Source: Oscillibacter sp. (GTDB taxonomy: Bacteria > Bacillota > Clostridia > Oscillospirales > Oscillospiraceae). From it: a stretch of DNA of 64,000 nucleotides. This document shows positions 18,933 to 28,227 of the stretch, one piece after another. How positions within the stretch are numbered: position 1 is the first letter of the stretch; every line of letters begins with the position of its first letter. A program made the position numbers and the translations under genes. The stretch lies in contig JAFUNB010000011.1 of the NCBI GenBank assembly GCA_017482345.1, positions 2,952 through 66,951 of the forward strand, read 5' to 3'. The notes below the pieces were generated by a model that ran no database searches, was not told where the DNA came from, and saw only the letters and a program-made list of their open reading frames with translations.

Positions 18933-18986
18933 GGAAAAACTACCTCCTGAAAACATTTTTGGCGGCACAGCCGCAGAATTTTCTCC

Positions 18987-19015
18987 ATTGTAACATAGGG
19001 GAAAATACGTGTCAA
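18987..19015 (-). promoter_or_regulatory. Sigma-A promoter for punA-mtaD
   Basis: Minus strand TTGACA-N17-TACAAT. Confidence 0.75.
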
Positions 19016-19142
19016 TCGCCCACAAAGCAACAAAAACCAACGTGCAAACTTACAAAATAAAAGCTGTGGACAAGCGGGAGTGGATGTGGTACCGTGTTTG
19101 GCAGAAAAAAAGAGAACGGCACCTGCCGGAGAGGAGATGTAT

Positions 19143-19832
19143 ATGGAGCAGAAGATCAGGGACTGGATCCGCCGGGATCCGCTGGGCTATGCCTACCTGC
19201 TGGACTTTTACCGCCGCGGCGCCCGGGTGTGCTGGCTGGACGAGGAGGGGGTAGCCCTGAAAAACGACGTCATCGATATCTGCTACGCCGGCGGACGGGT
19301 GCCGCTGGACGTGCCGGAGATGCGAAACTCCCTGCTGCTTCTGACGGATGACGAATCCGCCAAGGACACCTTGATCGCGGAGGGGGACTATATCATCTGG
19401 GACGAGTTTTATCAGGCCCTGTGGCAGCGGGAGCTGCCGGAGATCTGCCTGCCCGAGGGCGTGACGCTGCGGCCGCTGACCCAGGAGGACGTGGCGTTCG
19501 TGGTGGCCAACTACCACAACCCCGGCGCCTATGAGTCCCACATCCGGGCCCGTATCGACGAGGGCATGATCGGCGCGGAGGTGAACGGCCGGCTGGCCGG
19601 CTTCATCGGCGTCCATCAGGAGGGCTGCATGGGTCTGCTGGAGATCCTGCCGGAATACCGCCGGCTGGGTCTGGGCCGGGTGCTGGAATCTGCCATCATC
19701 CGCCAGCAGGTGGGCCGGGGCCGTCTGCCCTACGGCCACGTCCGCACCGGCAACGCCGCCTCCATCGCCCTGCAGAAGAAGATGGGCATGGATTTTCTGG
19801 ACCGGAAGGTTTACTGGCTGTTTCCCGATTGA
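19143..19832 (+). CDS. GNAT family N-acetyltransferase
   Basis: C-terminal motif A (ILPEYRRLGLG) and NAASIALQKKMG; GAGGAG RBS. Confidence 0.82.
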   Translation: MEQKIRDWIRRDPLGYAYLLDFYRRGARVCWLDEEGVALKNDVIDICYAGGRVPLDVPEMRNSLLLLTDDESAKDTLIAEGDYIIWDEFYQALWQRELPEICLPEGVTLRPLTQEDVAFVVANYHNPGAYESHIRARIDEGMIGAEVNGRLAGFIGVHQEGCMGLLEILPEYRRLGLGRVLESAIIRQQVGRGRLPYGHVRTGNAASIALQKKMGMDFLDRKVYWLFPD

Positions 19833-19937
19833 GAAAAATGTGCCGCGCCGCCCATGGAAAGTGGGCGGCGTGGTTGCTTTTCCGCACGAATCCGTGTAAA
19901 CTGAATTGAATCGCTGAAGAAAAAAGGAGCTTTCTCC

Positions 19938-20438
19938 ATGTATTATGTACTGTTTGCGCTGCTGGCGGTGGGCGGACTCGTCTTCGACCAGTGGCTGAAA
20001 GCCTATATGACCGCCAATATCCCTCTGGGCCAGACCCAGCCGCTGCTTCCCGGCGTCATCGAACTGCGCACCGTCCACAATTACGGCGCCGCCTGGTCCA
20101 GCTTTTCCGGCCAGCGCTGGCTGCTGGTGATCGTCACCTGCTGCATCGTGGCGGCGGTGGCCTGGTGCCTCATCCGGCGCATCGTCCGCCATCCCGTCGG
20201 CGTGGCCGCCTGCTTCATGGTGGTCTCCGGCGGTATCGGCAACATCATCGACCGCATCCGCCTGGGTTACGTGGTGGATATGTTCAACCTGCTGTTCATG
20301 GAGTATCCCGTGTTCAACGTGGCGGATATCTTTGTGGTGTGCGGCGCCATTCTGGGCGCCATCTACTACATGTGGATCTACGAAAAATACGACAAAAAGG
20401 ATGAAAACCATGGAGATCCTGACGCTCCAACCGAATAA
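19938..20438 (+). CDS. lspA: Lipoprotein signal peptidase II
   Basis: DQWLK, NYGAAWS, GNIIDR, VVDM, FNVAD motifs. Confidence 0.95.
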   Translation: MYYVLFALLAVGGLVFDQWLKAYMTANIPLGQTQPLLPGVIELRTVHNYGAAWSSFSGQRWLLVIVTCCIVAAVAWCLIRRIVRHPVGVAACFMVVSGGIGNIIDRIRLGYVVDMFNLLFMEYPVFNVADIFVVCGAILGAIYYMWIYEKYDKKDENHGDPDAPTE

Positions 20439-21327
20439 AGAGGACGCCGGCACACGGATCGACGCGTGGCTTGCGGCCAACGTGGAGGAGCTGACCCGCT
20501 CCGCAGCCGTGCGCCTCATTGAGGAGGGCCGGGTCACCCGCGACGGTAAGCCTCTGGTGAAGAAGGACAAGGTCACCGGCGGCGAGACCATTGAGGTGGT
20601 GCTGCCGGAGCCGGAGGCCGTGGACGTGGTGCCCCAGAATATCCCGCTGGATATCGTCTACGAGGATGACGACGTCATCGTGGTCAACAAACCCAAGGGC
20701 ATGGTGGTCCATCCCGCCCCCGGCCACAGCGACGGCACCCTGGTCAACGCCCTGCTGTACCACTGCGGCGACTCTCTGTCCGGTATCGGCGGCGAGCTGC
20801 GCCCCGGCATCGTCCACCGCATCGACCGGGACACCACCGGCCTCATCATCGCCGCCAAAAACGACTTCGCCCACCAGCGCCTCTCCGCTCAGCTGCAGGA
20901 CCACACCCTCGCCCGTGTCTACCACTGCATCGTCATCGGCAACCTGCGGGAGGATTCCGGCACCGTGGACGCCCCCATCGGCCGCCACCCCACCGACCGG
21001 AAGCGGCAGGCCATCGTGGCGGACGGCCGCCGGGCCGTCACCCACTGGACGGTGCTGGAGCGGTATCAGGGCTTTACCTATGTGGAGTGCCGGCTGGAGA
21101 CCGGCCGCACCCACCAGATTCGCGTCCACATGGCCCACACCGGCCACCCCATTCTGGGCGACACGGTGTACGGCAATAAAAAGCCCGTCCCCGGCCTGCA
21201 GGGCCAGTGCCTTCACGCCGTGGGCCTGCGTTTCATTCACCCCCGCACGGAGCAGCCGGTGGAATTGGGCTGCAGCCTGACGGAGGAATTTGAAAAGCAG
21301 CTGGCAAAACTGCGAAACAGAGGATAA
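20410..21327 (+). CDS. rluD: RluA/RluD family pseudouridine synthase with S4 domain
   Basis: NKPKGMVVHP, HRIDRDTTG, GRTHQIRVH; usual lspA-rluD synteny; start 20401 or 20410. Confidence 0.9.
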   Translation: MEILTLQPNKEDAGTRIDAWLAANVEELTRSAAVRLIEEGRVTRDGKPLVKKDKVTGGETIEVVLPEPEAVDVVPQNIPLDIVYEDDDVIVVNKPKGMVVHPAPGHSDGTLVNALLYHCGDSLSGIGGELRPGIVHRIDRDTTGLIIAAKNDFAHQRLSAQLQDHTLARVYHCIVIGNLREDSGTVDAPIGRHPTDRKRQAIVADGRRAVTHWTVLERYQGFTYVECRLETGRTHQIRVHMAHTGHPILGDTVYGNKKPVPGLQGQCLHAVGLRFIHPRTEQPVELGCSLTEEFEKQLAKLRNRG

Positions 21328-21333
21328 AAGAAG

Positions 21334-21365
21334 AGTCCTGAACGGTAGACGTTCAGGACTTTTTT
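21334..21365 (+). terminator. Intrinsic terminator
   Basis: agtcctgaacg-gtaga-cgttcaggact followed by a T-run. Confidence 0.85.
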
Positions 21366-21433
21366 GCTGTACTTTTCCGCGGTTTCATGCTATGATATTT
21401 TAGTTAAAGTATATTAATCTGGAGGACGATGCT

Positions 21434-22849
21434 TTGGAACGTAAAAACGTACTGGTCTCCGAGGCCGATCTGGCCGTTCAGCGGGACTTTCAGAAGAAAA
21501 TAAAGGACATGTTTACCGCCCGCGAGGCCCATCCCGTGGCCTGCGTGGACACCTTTGGCTGCCAGCAGAATGTGGCTGACGGCCAGAAGCTCATGGGCAT
21601 GCTGGAGGAAATGGGCTTCACCTTCACGGACAAGGCCGCCGAGGCCGATCTGGTCATCCTGAACACCTGCGCCGTCCGGGAGCACGCCGAGGACCGTGTG
21701 TTCGGCAATCTGGGCGCCCTGACCCACAGCAAGAAGGAAAACCCCGAGCAGGTCATCTGCCTGTGCGGCTGCATGGCCCAGGAACCCAGAGTCTCCGAGC
21801 GCATCAAAAAATCCTATCTCCACGTCAATCTGGTGTTCGGCCCCCACGCCCTGTGGAAGTTCCCGGAGCTGCTGTGGCGGGTGTATGAGCGCCGCAAGCG
21901 CGTCTTCTCCGTGGACGATGAGCACGGCACCATCGCCGAGGGCATCCCCGTGGTCCGCGAGCGCGGCGTGAAGGCCTGGGTCTCCATCATGTACGGCTGC
22001 AACAACTTCTGCTCCTACTGCATTGTGCCCTATGTCCGGGGCCGTGAGCGCAGCCGCGATCCCGAATGTGTGCTGGCGGAGGTGCGGGAGCTGGTGGCCG
22101 CCGGCTACAAGGACATCACTCTGCTGGGCCAGAACGTGAACTCCTATGGCAATGACCTGGATATCGGTTACGATTTCTCCGACCTGCTGGCAGACATCGA
22201 CAGGATCGAGGGCGAGTACCTGATCCGCTTCATGTCCAGCCATCCCAAGGACGCCACCAAGAAGCTGTTTGACACCATGGCGGCCAGCCGCCATGTGGCC
22301 CACCAGCTGCACCTGCCCTTCCAGTCCGGCAACGACCGGGTGCTGCAGGAGATGAACCGCCGCTATACCCGGGAAAAGTATCTGAGTCTGGTGAACTACG
22401 CCAAGAGCGTCATGCCGGACCTGGTGCTGACGAGCGACGTCATCATCGGCTTCCCCGGCGAGACGGAGGAGGAGGCCATGGACACCGTGTCTCTGGTGGA
22501 CGAGGTGGGCTTTGACGCCCTGTTCACCTTCATTTATTCTCCCCGTCCCGGCACCAAGGCGGCCGCTATGCCGGATCCTGCCACCCGGGCCGAGAAGCAG
22601 AAGTGGTTCGACAAGCTGCTGGAGGTGCAGAACGCCAAGTCCGCCGCCCTCCACGCCGCTTATATCGGCAAGACGGTCCGCGTTCTGGTGGACGGCAAGA
22701 GCGACGACCCCGACTATCCCCTCACCTCCCGCACCCAGGGCAACCGTCTGGTGCGAATCCGCGGCGGCGAGGAGCTGATGGGCAGATTCCTGAACGTCAA
22801 GATCACCGACAGCAACACCTGGGCGCTGTACGGCGAAGCGGAAGAGTAA
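21434..22849 (+). CDS. miaB: tRNA-2-methylthio-N6-dimethylallyladenosine synthase (radical SAM)
   Basis: TFGCQQN, NTCAVRE, CNNFCSYC, LGQNVNSY, IIGFPGET, C-terminal TRAM domain. Confidence 0.95.
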   Translation: MERKNVLVSEADLAVQRDFQKKIKDMFTAREAHPVACVDTFGCQQNVADGQKLMGMLEEMGFTFTDKAAEADLVILNTCAVREHAEDRVFGNLGALTHSKKENPEQVICLCGCMAQEPRVSERIKKSYLHVNLVFGPHALWKFPELLWRVYERRKRVFSVDDEHGTIAEGIPVVRERGVKAWVSIMYGCNNFCSYCIVPYVRGRERSRDPECVLAEVRELVAAGYKDITLLGQNVNSYGNDLDIGYDFSDLLADIDRIEGEYLIRFMSSHPKDATKKLFDTMAASRHVAHQLHLPFQSGNDRVLQEMNRRYTREKYLSLVNYAKSVMPDLVLTSDVIIGFPGETEEEAMDTVSLVDEVGFDALFTFIYSPRPGTKAAAMPDPATRAEKQKWFDKLLEVQNAKSAALHAAYIGKTVRVLVDGKSDDPDYPLTSRTQGNRLVRIRGGEELMGRFLNVKITDSNTWALYGEAEE

Positions 22850-22861
22850 CGGAGGAACGCT

Positions 22862-23689
22862 ATGAAGATCATCACCCTCATGGAAGACAAGCCCGCCTCC
22901 GGCGAATTTGTCGCCGAGCGGGGCCTGTGCCAATATATCGAAACGGCCAAGCATAAGATCCTGTTCGACATGGGCCCCGGCGGCAGCTTCGTGCAGAACG
23001 CGGAGACGCTGGGCGTGGATCTGGGCGAGGTGGACATCGCCGTCCTCTCCCACGGCCACAGCGACCACGGCGGCGGACTGGAGACCTTCTGCTCCGTCAA
23101 CCACCGGGCGGACGTGTTCGTCAATCCCGAGGCCTTTGGCGACTATTACGCCGTTCTCCCCGGCAAGGAGCCCAACTACATCGGCCTGTCCGACCAGCTG
23201 TGGCGGATCGAAAACCGCATGGTACCCACCGTGCCGGGCTTGACGCTGGGGGAGGAGCTGACCTTCCTGGGCGAGATCCCCAACACCTTCGAGTGGACGC
23301 CCATCGTCCCCAAGCTGCAGCAGAAGACAGCCGACGGCTTCATCCGAGACGAATTCCATCACGAGCAGCACCTGCTGGTGTCCTCTCAGGGCAAGACGGT
23401 CCTGTTTGCCGGCTGTGCCCACGGCGGCATCGTCAACATCGTCCGGGCGGCGGAAGAAGTGCTGGGCAAACGCCCCGACGTGGTGTTCGCCGGCTTCCAC
23501 CTCTTCGAGCTGGATCCCGCCGACCCCAAATCCATGGAAAATCTCACCGCCGTGGCCGCGGAACTGTCCCGCGGCGACACGGTGTATTACGCTGGCCACT
23601 GCACCGGCGACTGGGCCTTCAGCGTGCTGCAGGGCATGATGGGCGATCGGATGCGCCCCATGCGCGCCGGCACCGTGGTGGAACTTTAA
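22862..23689 (+). CDS. MBL-fold metallo-hydrolase
   Basis: SHGHSDHGGG, GCAHGG, GFHL, GHCTG motifs. Confidence 0.85.
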   Translation: MKIITLMEDKPASGEFVAERGLCQYIETAKHKILFDMGPGGSFVQNAETLGVDLGEVDIAVLSHGHSDHGGGLETFCSVNHRADVFVNPEAFGDYYAVLPGKEPNYIGLSDQLWRIENRMVPTVPGLTLGEELTFLGEIPNTFEWTPIVPKLQQKTADGFIRDEFHHEQHLLVSSQGKTVLFAGCAHGGIVNIVRAAEEVLGKRPDVVFAGFHLFELDPADPKSMENLTAVAAELSRGDTVYYAGHCTGDWAFSVLQGMMGDRMRPMRAGTVVEL

Positions 23690-23931
23690 CGGTAGATCTC
23701 CCGGGCCAGAAGAAAGGCCTGCCGGGCGTAGGCGTCCTCAAAGGAGGATTCGCAGGCGCTGCGGGCGTTGTCATAGACACGAAACAGGCTGCTCTGCTCT
23801 TCGGTGAAGGTTGCGTTCAGCGCTGTGAAGGCGGCTTCCTCCTGTGCCAGACAGGAGACGTATTCGCGGCTCAAGGTGTTCAGGCGTTCTTCGCTGATAT
23901 GCAGCAGTAATACATCGATATAGTCTTGCAT
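23686..23931 (-). CDS. Small helical hypothetical protein
   Basis: 81-aa ORF with GGAG RBS and its own divergent promoter. Confidence 0.65.
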   Translation of the reverse strand: MQDYIDVLLLHISEERLNTLSREYVSCLAQEEAAFTALNATFTEEQSSLFRVYDNARSACESSFEDAYARQAFLLAREIYR

Positions 23932-23950
23932 AAAATCACTCCAAAATAGA

Positions 23951-24004
23951 TTGACACGCATGATTGGGTGTATTTATAATAACACACACAAATGAGTGCG
24001 TCAA
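23951..24004. promoter_or_regulatory. Overlapping divergent sigma-A promoters
   Basis: Plus strand TTGACA-N18-TATAAT (23951-23980); minus strand TTGACG-N17-TATTAT (24004-23976). Confidence 0.75.
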
Positions 24005-24020
24005 TAGAAAAGAGGGCAAA

Positions 24021-24221
24021 ATGACATTTCCCGAACACCTTGCGCAGATGAGAAGGGCAAGAAATCTGACGCAAAAAGATGTTGCCAGTGGGGCGGGCAT
24101 AAGTTGGCGCGGTTATCAAAACTACGAGTTGGGTCTGCGCGAACCCAGTCTGTCTACACTCGTTGCCCTTGCGGACTTTTTTGACGTTACATTAGACGAA
24201 CTCGTCTGCCGCCAACGGTGA
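24021..24221 (+). CDS. XRE family HTH regulator (66 aa)
   Basis: LTQKDVA..GIS..YQNYELGLREPS..LADFFDVTLDEL. Confidence 0.88.
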   Translation: MTFPEHLAQMRRARNLTQKDVASGAGISWRGYQNYELGLREPSLSTLVALADFFDVTLDELVCRQR

Positions 24222-24247
24222 TATTCAGCCATGATGATGGCTGGCAA

Positions 24248-24632
24248 TGCACCCCCCATTTTCTCCCTGTGGAGAAAATGGGCCGTGCACGGTCCAAAAG
24301 ACACACCAGGAGGGGGATTTCGATTTCCCCCTCCTGGACCTCCCCTTGAAACGACACAAAGGAAGAGGCTGCGGCCCCTTCCTTTGGAAACTATCCCCGA
24401 GGACCGGGGCAGCGGCAGCGGAAAGAGAAGGGAAGGGTGTCGTCAAGTACCCTGAAAATATCGGCAAAGTCCGTCGCGGGCTGCGGGTCAACAAAAATAG
24501 CAAGACCGAGCCCGCGCCCAACGCTTCGACGGAAATCTTTTACCGGAAGTCTCTTTCTAAGACAAAAACGTGTTTTTCTTTTCCACCGGGCGCGGCGCAT
24601 TTTCTTTTTACAAAAAGAAAATGGGGGGCGCA
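24248..24632. repeat. REPIN/MITE-like non-coding element with imperfect ~55-bp terminal inverted repeats
   Basis: 24248-24301 resembles the reverse complement of 24577-24632; internal hairpins at ~24306-24337 and ~24357-24386. Confidence 0.7.
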
Positions 24633-24703
24633 AAAAGCCTGCCAGCGCCCTGGCACCCCTCGCAGACGCAGGTCTGCAACTTGAAATGAATGAGGTGAAA
24701 CTC

Positions 24704-27307
24704 ATGGCGGAACTCACCCCCATGATGAAACAATATCTGGAGATCAAGCGGGACAACCCGGATTCCATTCTGTTTTTCCGGCTGGGCGACTTTTATGAGA
24801 TGTTCGCCGACGACGCCCGCACGGCCTCCCGTGAGCTGGATCTGACCCTGACCAGCCGGGACAAGGATCCCAACAAATCCGCCGAGGAGCGCATCCCCAT
24901 GTGCGGCATCCCCTACCACGCCAGCGAGGCCTACATCGCCCGTCTGGTGGGCAAGGGCTACAAGGTTGCCATCTGCGAGCAGATGGAGGACCCCGCAAAG
25001 ACAAAGGGTCTGGTGAAGCGGGACATCATCCGCGTGGTCACCCCCGGCACCGTCATCGACGCTGCCAGCCTGGACGACAAGTCCAGCAACTTCATCTGCG
25101 GCATTTACATGGATTCCCAGGCCGCCGGCGTGGCCTTCTGCGACATCACCACCGGCAAGGCCCACCTGACCGCCTTCGCCGGCAAGGACGCCCTGGAGCA
25201 CGTCATCAACGAGCTGGGCCGGTTCGACCCCGCCGAGGCCATCCTGAATGACGGCGCCTATTCCGAGCAGGCTCTGGTGGATACCCTGCGGGAGAAGTTC
25301 CGCTGCCGGGTGGAAAACGGCGGCAACCGCCGCTTTTTGCTGCGGGAGGCGGAGAACAACATCCGTCTCCAGTTCGGCGAGGAGGCCCAGCGGAACCTGC
25401 CCGCCGGCAATCCCGCCGCGGCCATGGCCCTGGGCGGACTGCTGCACTATCTGTACGAGACCCAGAAGACCGACCTCTCCCACATCAACACCCTCGACTA
25501 TTACGAGGAGGGCCGCTTCATGGAGCTGGACCTGACGGCCCGGCGAAATCTGGAGCTGACGGAGACCCTCCGGGGTAAGGAGAAAAAGGGCAGCCTCCTG
25601 TGGGTGCTGGACAAGACCAAGACCCCCATGGGCGCCCGCTGCATCCGCAGCTGGCTGGAGCGCCCCCTGCTGAGCGTCACCGCCATTAACCGCCGCAGCA
25701 GCGCGGTGGCCGCGCTGGTGGACCACACCATCGCAAGAGAAGAGCTCATCGCCGCCATGACCGGCCTGGGCGATATGGAGCGCCTCATCGGCCGCATCGT
25801 CTACGGCACCGCCGGCGGACGGGACATGGCCTCTCTCCGCGCTGCCATTGAAAAGCTGCCTGCCGTCCGGGAGCAGCTGGCCGCCTTCTCCGGCGGCCGT
25901 CTGGCGGAGCTGACCGCCGCGCTGGACACCCTGGACGATATCGGCGGCGCCATCGCCGCCGCCATCTGCGACGAGCCTCCCTTCTCCGTCCGCGAGGGCG
26001 GCTTCATCCGGGACGGCTACCACGAGGAAGTGGACCGCCTGCGCCATATCCTGAAAAACGGCAAGGGCATCATGGCGGAGATGGAGGCGCAGGAGAAGGA
26101 GCGCACCGGCATCCGCACCCTGAAGATCGGCTACAACAAGGTATTCGGCTATTACATCGAGGTGTCCAAGTCCTTCACAGACCAGGTGCCCGATACATAC
26201 ATTCGCAAGCAGACGCTGGTGAACGGCGAGCGCTACATCACCCAGGAGCTGAAGGAGCTGGAGAACACCATCCTCACGGCCTCCGAGCGGGTGGTGGCCC
26301 TGGAATACGAGCTGTTCACCCAGCTGCGGCTGGCCATCTCCGAGCAGGCCGCCCGGATCCAGGCCACGGCCGCCGCCGTGGCGGAGGTGGACGCGCTGGC
26401 GTCCTTTGCCGCCGTGGCTGTCCGCAACAACTACTGCCGTCCCGATGTGGACGAGTCCGGCGTCATCGAGATCCACGACGGCCGCCACCCGGTGGTGGAG
26501 CGTGTGCTGAAGGACAGCCTCTTCGTCCCCAACGACACCTTCATGGGCGAGAAGGAAGGCCGCGTGGCCATCATCACCGGCCCCAACATGGCCGGTAAGT
26601 CCACCTACATGCGTCAGGTGGCCCTCATCGTCCTCATGGCCCAGATGGGCAGCTTCGTCCCCGCGTCCTCCGCCCGCATCGGCGTGACGGACCGCATCTT
26701 CACCCGCATCGGCGCCAGCGACGACCTGTCCGCCGGCCAGTCCACCTTCATGGTGGAGATGACGGAGGTGGCGGACATTCTGCGCCACGCTACGAAGAAC
26801 TCCCTGCTGATTCTGGACGAGATCGGCCGCGGCACCTCCACGTTTGACGGCATGTCCATCGCCCGTGCGGTGGTGGAATACTGCGCCGATAAGCGTGTTC
26901 TGGGCGCCAAGACGTTGTTCGCCACCCACTACCACGAGCTGACGGAGCTGGAGGACACCCTCCCCGGCGCCGTGAACTACAACATCGCCGTCAAGACCCG
27001 GGGCGAGGACATCACCTTCCTCCGCAAGATCATCCCCGGCGGCGCTGACCGCAGCTACGGCATCGAGGTCGCCAAGCTGGCGGGCCTGCCGGACAAGGTG
27101 GTCCAGCGGGCGAAGAAGGTTCTCCGTGAGCTGGAGAGCGAAAACGGCGTGCAGTATGTGGCCGCCCGGAAGGAAGAGGATCAGGTGTCCCTGACCGCCA
27201 TGGGCGAGGGCGAGGTGCTGGACGCGCTCCGCCGCTGCCAGCCGGATACGCTTACTCCTATCGAAGCAATGACGCTCCTATATGAGCTGAAGCAGAAGCT
27301 TCAGTGA
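24704..27307 (+). CDS. mutS: DNA mismatch repair protein MutS
   Basis: TPMMKQY, GDFYEMF, GPNMAGKST, STFMVEM, DEIGRGT, ATHYHEL, SYGIEVA; GAGGTG RBS. Confidence 0.97.
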   Translation: MAELTPMMKQYLEIKRDNPDSILFFRLGDFYEMFADDARTASRELDLTLTSRDKDPNKSAEERIPMCGIPYHASEAYIARLVGKGYKVAICEQMEDPAKTKGLVKRDIIRVVTPGTVIDAASLDDKSSNFICGIYMDSQAAGVAFCDITTGKAHLTAFAGKDALEHVINELGRFDPAEAILNDGAYSEQALVDTLREKFRCRVENGGNRRFLLREAENNIRLQFGEEAQRNLPAGNPAAAMALGGLLHYLYETQKTDLSHINTLDYYEEGRFMELDLTARRNLELTETLRGKEKKGSLLWVLDKTKTPMGARCIRSWLERPLLSVTAINRRSSAVAALVDHTIAREELIAAMTGLGDMERLIGRIVYGTAGGRDMASLRAAIEKLPAVREQLAAFSGGRLAELTAALDTLDDIGGAIAAAICDEPPFSVREGGFIRDGYHEEVDRLRHILKNGKGIMAEMEAQEKERTGIRTLKIGYNKVFGYYIEVSKSFTDQVPDTYIRKQTLVNGERYITQELKELENTILTASERVVALEYELFTQLRLAISEQAARIQATAAAVAEVDALASFAAVAVRNNYCRPDVDESGVIEIHDGRHPVVERVLKDSLFVPNDTFMGEKEGRVAIITGPNMAGKSTYMRQVALIVLMAQMGSFVPASSARIGVTDRIFTRIGASDDLSAGQSTFMVEMTEVADILRHATKNSLLILDEIGRGTSTFDGMSIARAVVEYCADKRVLGAKTLFATHYHELTELEDTLPGAVNYNIAVKTRGEDITFLRKIIPGGADRSYGIEVAKLAGLPDKVVQRAKKVLRELESENGVQYVAARKEEDQVSLTAMGEGEVLDALRRCQPDTLTPIEAMTLLYELKQKLQ

Positions 27308-27386
27308 GTACCGCTGGCGCTTTGTACAAGTTTTTCTAAGCTCCCGCGGCGCGCCAAGCGCTTGCGTTCGCTAAGAAAAGCTACTG

Positions 27387-27466
27387 TCCGCCGCTGCCAG
27401 CCGGACACCCTGACGCCCATCGAAGCGGTGACGCTTCTGTACGAACTCAAGCAAAAACTTCAATAA
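27387..27466 (+). repeat. Second, synonymously diverged copy of the last 25 codons of mutS
   Basis: Reads RRCQPDTLTPIEAVTLLYELKQKLQ* versus RRCQPDTLTPIEAMTLLYELKQKLQ* at 27228-27307; first 19 bp identical. Confidence 0.92.
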
Positions 27467-27493
27467 ACACCCAGCCCTCTTGAAGGAGGCACT

Positions 27494-28201
27494 ATGGCAA
27501 AGAAAAAATCCATCCCCTATATGACTCCCGGCGAGCAGATCGCCGGCACGGTCTTTTTCTGCATCTATCTGGTGGTGCTGCCCTTTGTGACAACGCCCCT
27601 GTTTGATCTGGCGGAGCGGCTGCTGGACACCCACATCTCCTCCGCCCTGCGGAACGTGATCTACTATTATGTGCTGTTCGCGGTGACGCTCATCATCTTC
27701 CATAAATTCATCGGCCGCACCTGCCGCAATCTGGCCAATAACCTCGGGATTGCCTGCCAGACACTGGGCGTGGGCCTTGTGGCGCTGTACGGCCTCAACG
27801 AGCTGGTATACCGGCTCTCCAATCTGATCGTCACGAACCGCACGAACCTGAACAACAGCACCATCTCCGCCCAGATCCACGACGCGCCCCATGTGACGCT
27901 GCTGATCATCGTCTTTCTGGCTCCCTTTGTGGAGGAGGTGCTGTTCCGCGGTCTGGTGTTCGGCAATCTGAAGATGAAGAGCCGCCCGGTGGCCTATGTC
28001 ATCTCCTGCGTGCTGTTCGCGGCGCTGCATGTGTGGCAGTTCGCCGTGGTGAACCACGACATTACCTATTTCCTGCTGATGATCCAGTATCTGGTGCCGG
28101 GGCTGGTGCTGGCCTGGTGCTATGACCACACCGGCACTCTGTGGACGCCCATCGCCGTCCACGCGGCGGCCAACGCCCTCAGCGCCTGGGCGCTGGCCTG
28201 A
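27494..28201 (+). CDS. CPBP (CAAX-type) intramembrane metalloprotease
   Basis: EEVLFRG, FAALH, HAAAN motifs; hydrophobic. Confidence 0.88.
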   Translation: MAKKKSIPYMTPGEQIAGTVFFCIYLVVLPFVTTPLFDLAERLLDTHISSALRNVIYYYVLFAVTLIIFHKFIGRTCRNLANNLGIACQTLGVGLVALYGLNELVYRLSNLIVTNRTNLNNSTISAQIHDAPHVTLLIIVFLAPFVEEVLFRGLVFGNLKMKSRPVAYVISCVLFAALHVWQFAVVNHDITYFLLMIQYLVPGLVLAWCYDHTGTLWTPIAVHAAANALSAWALA

Positions 28202-28227
28202 CAACAACTACTTTCGGAGGTGGAATT

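Noticed and set aside
24437-24703. 89-aa N-terminal extension of MutS, and small ORFs at 24225-24768
   Set aside because: They run through the palindromic repeat element; the real start is at 24704 with an RBS and the conserved TPMMKQY.
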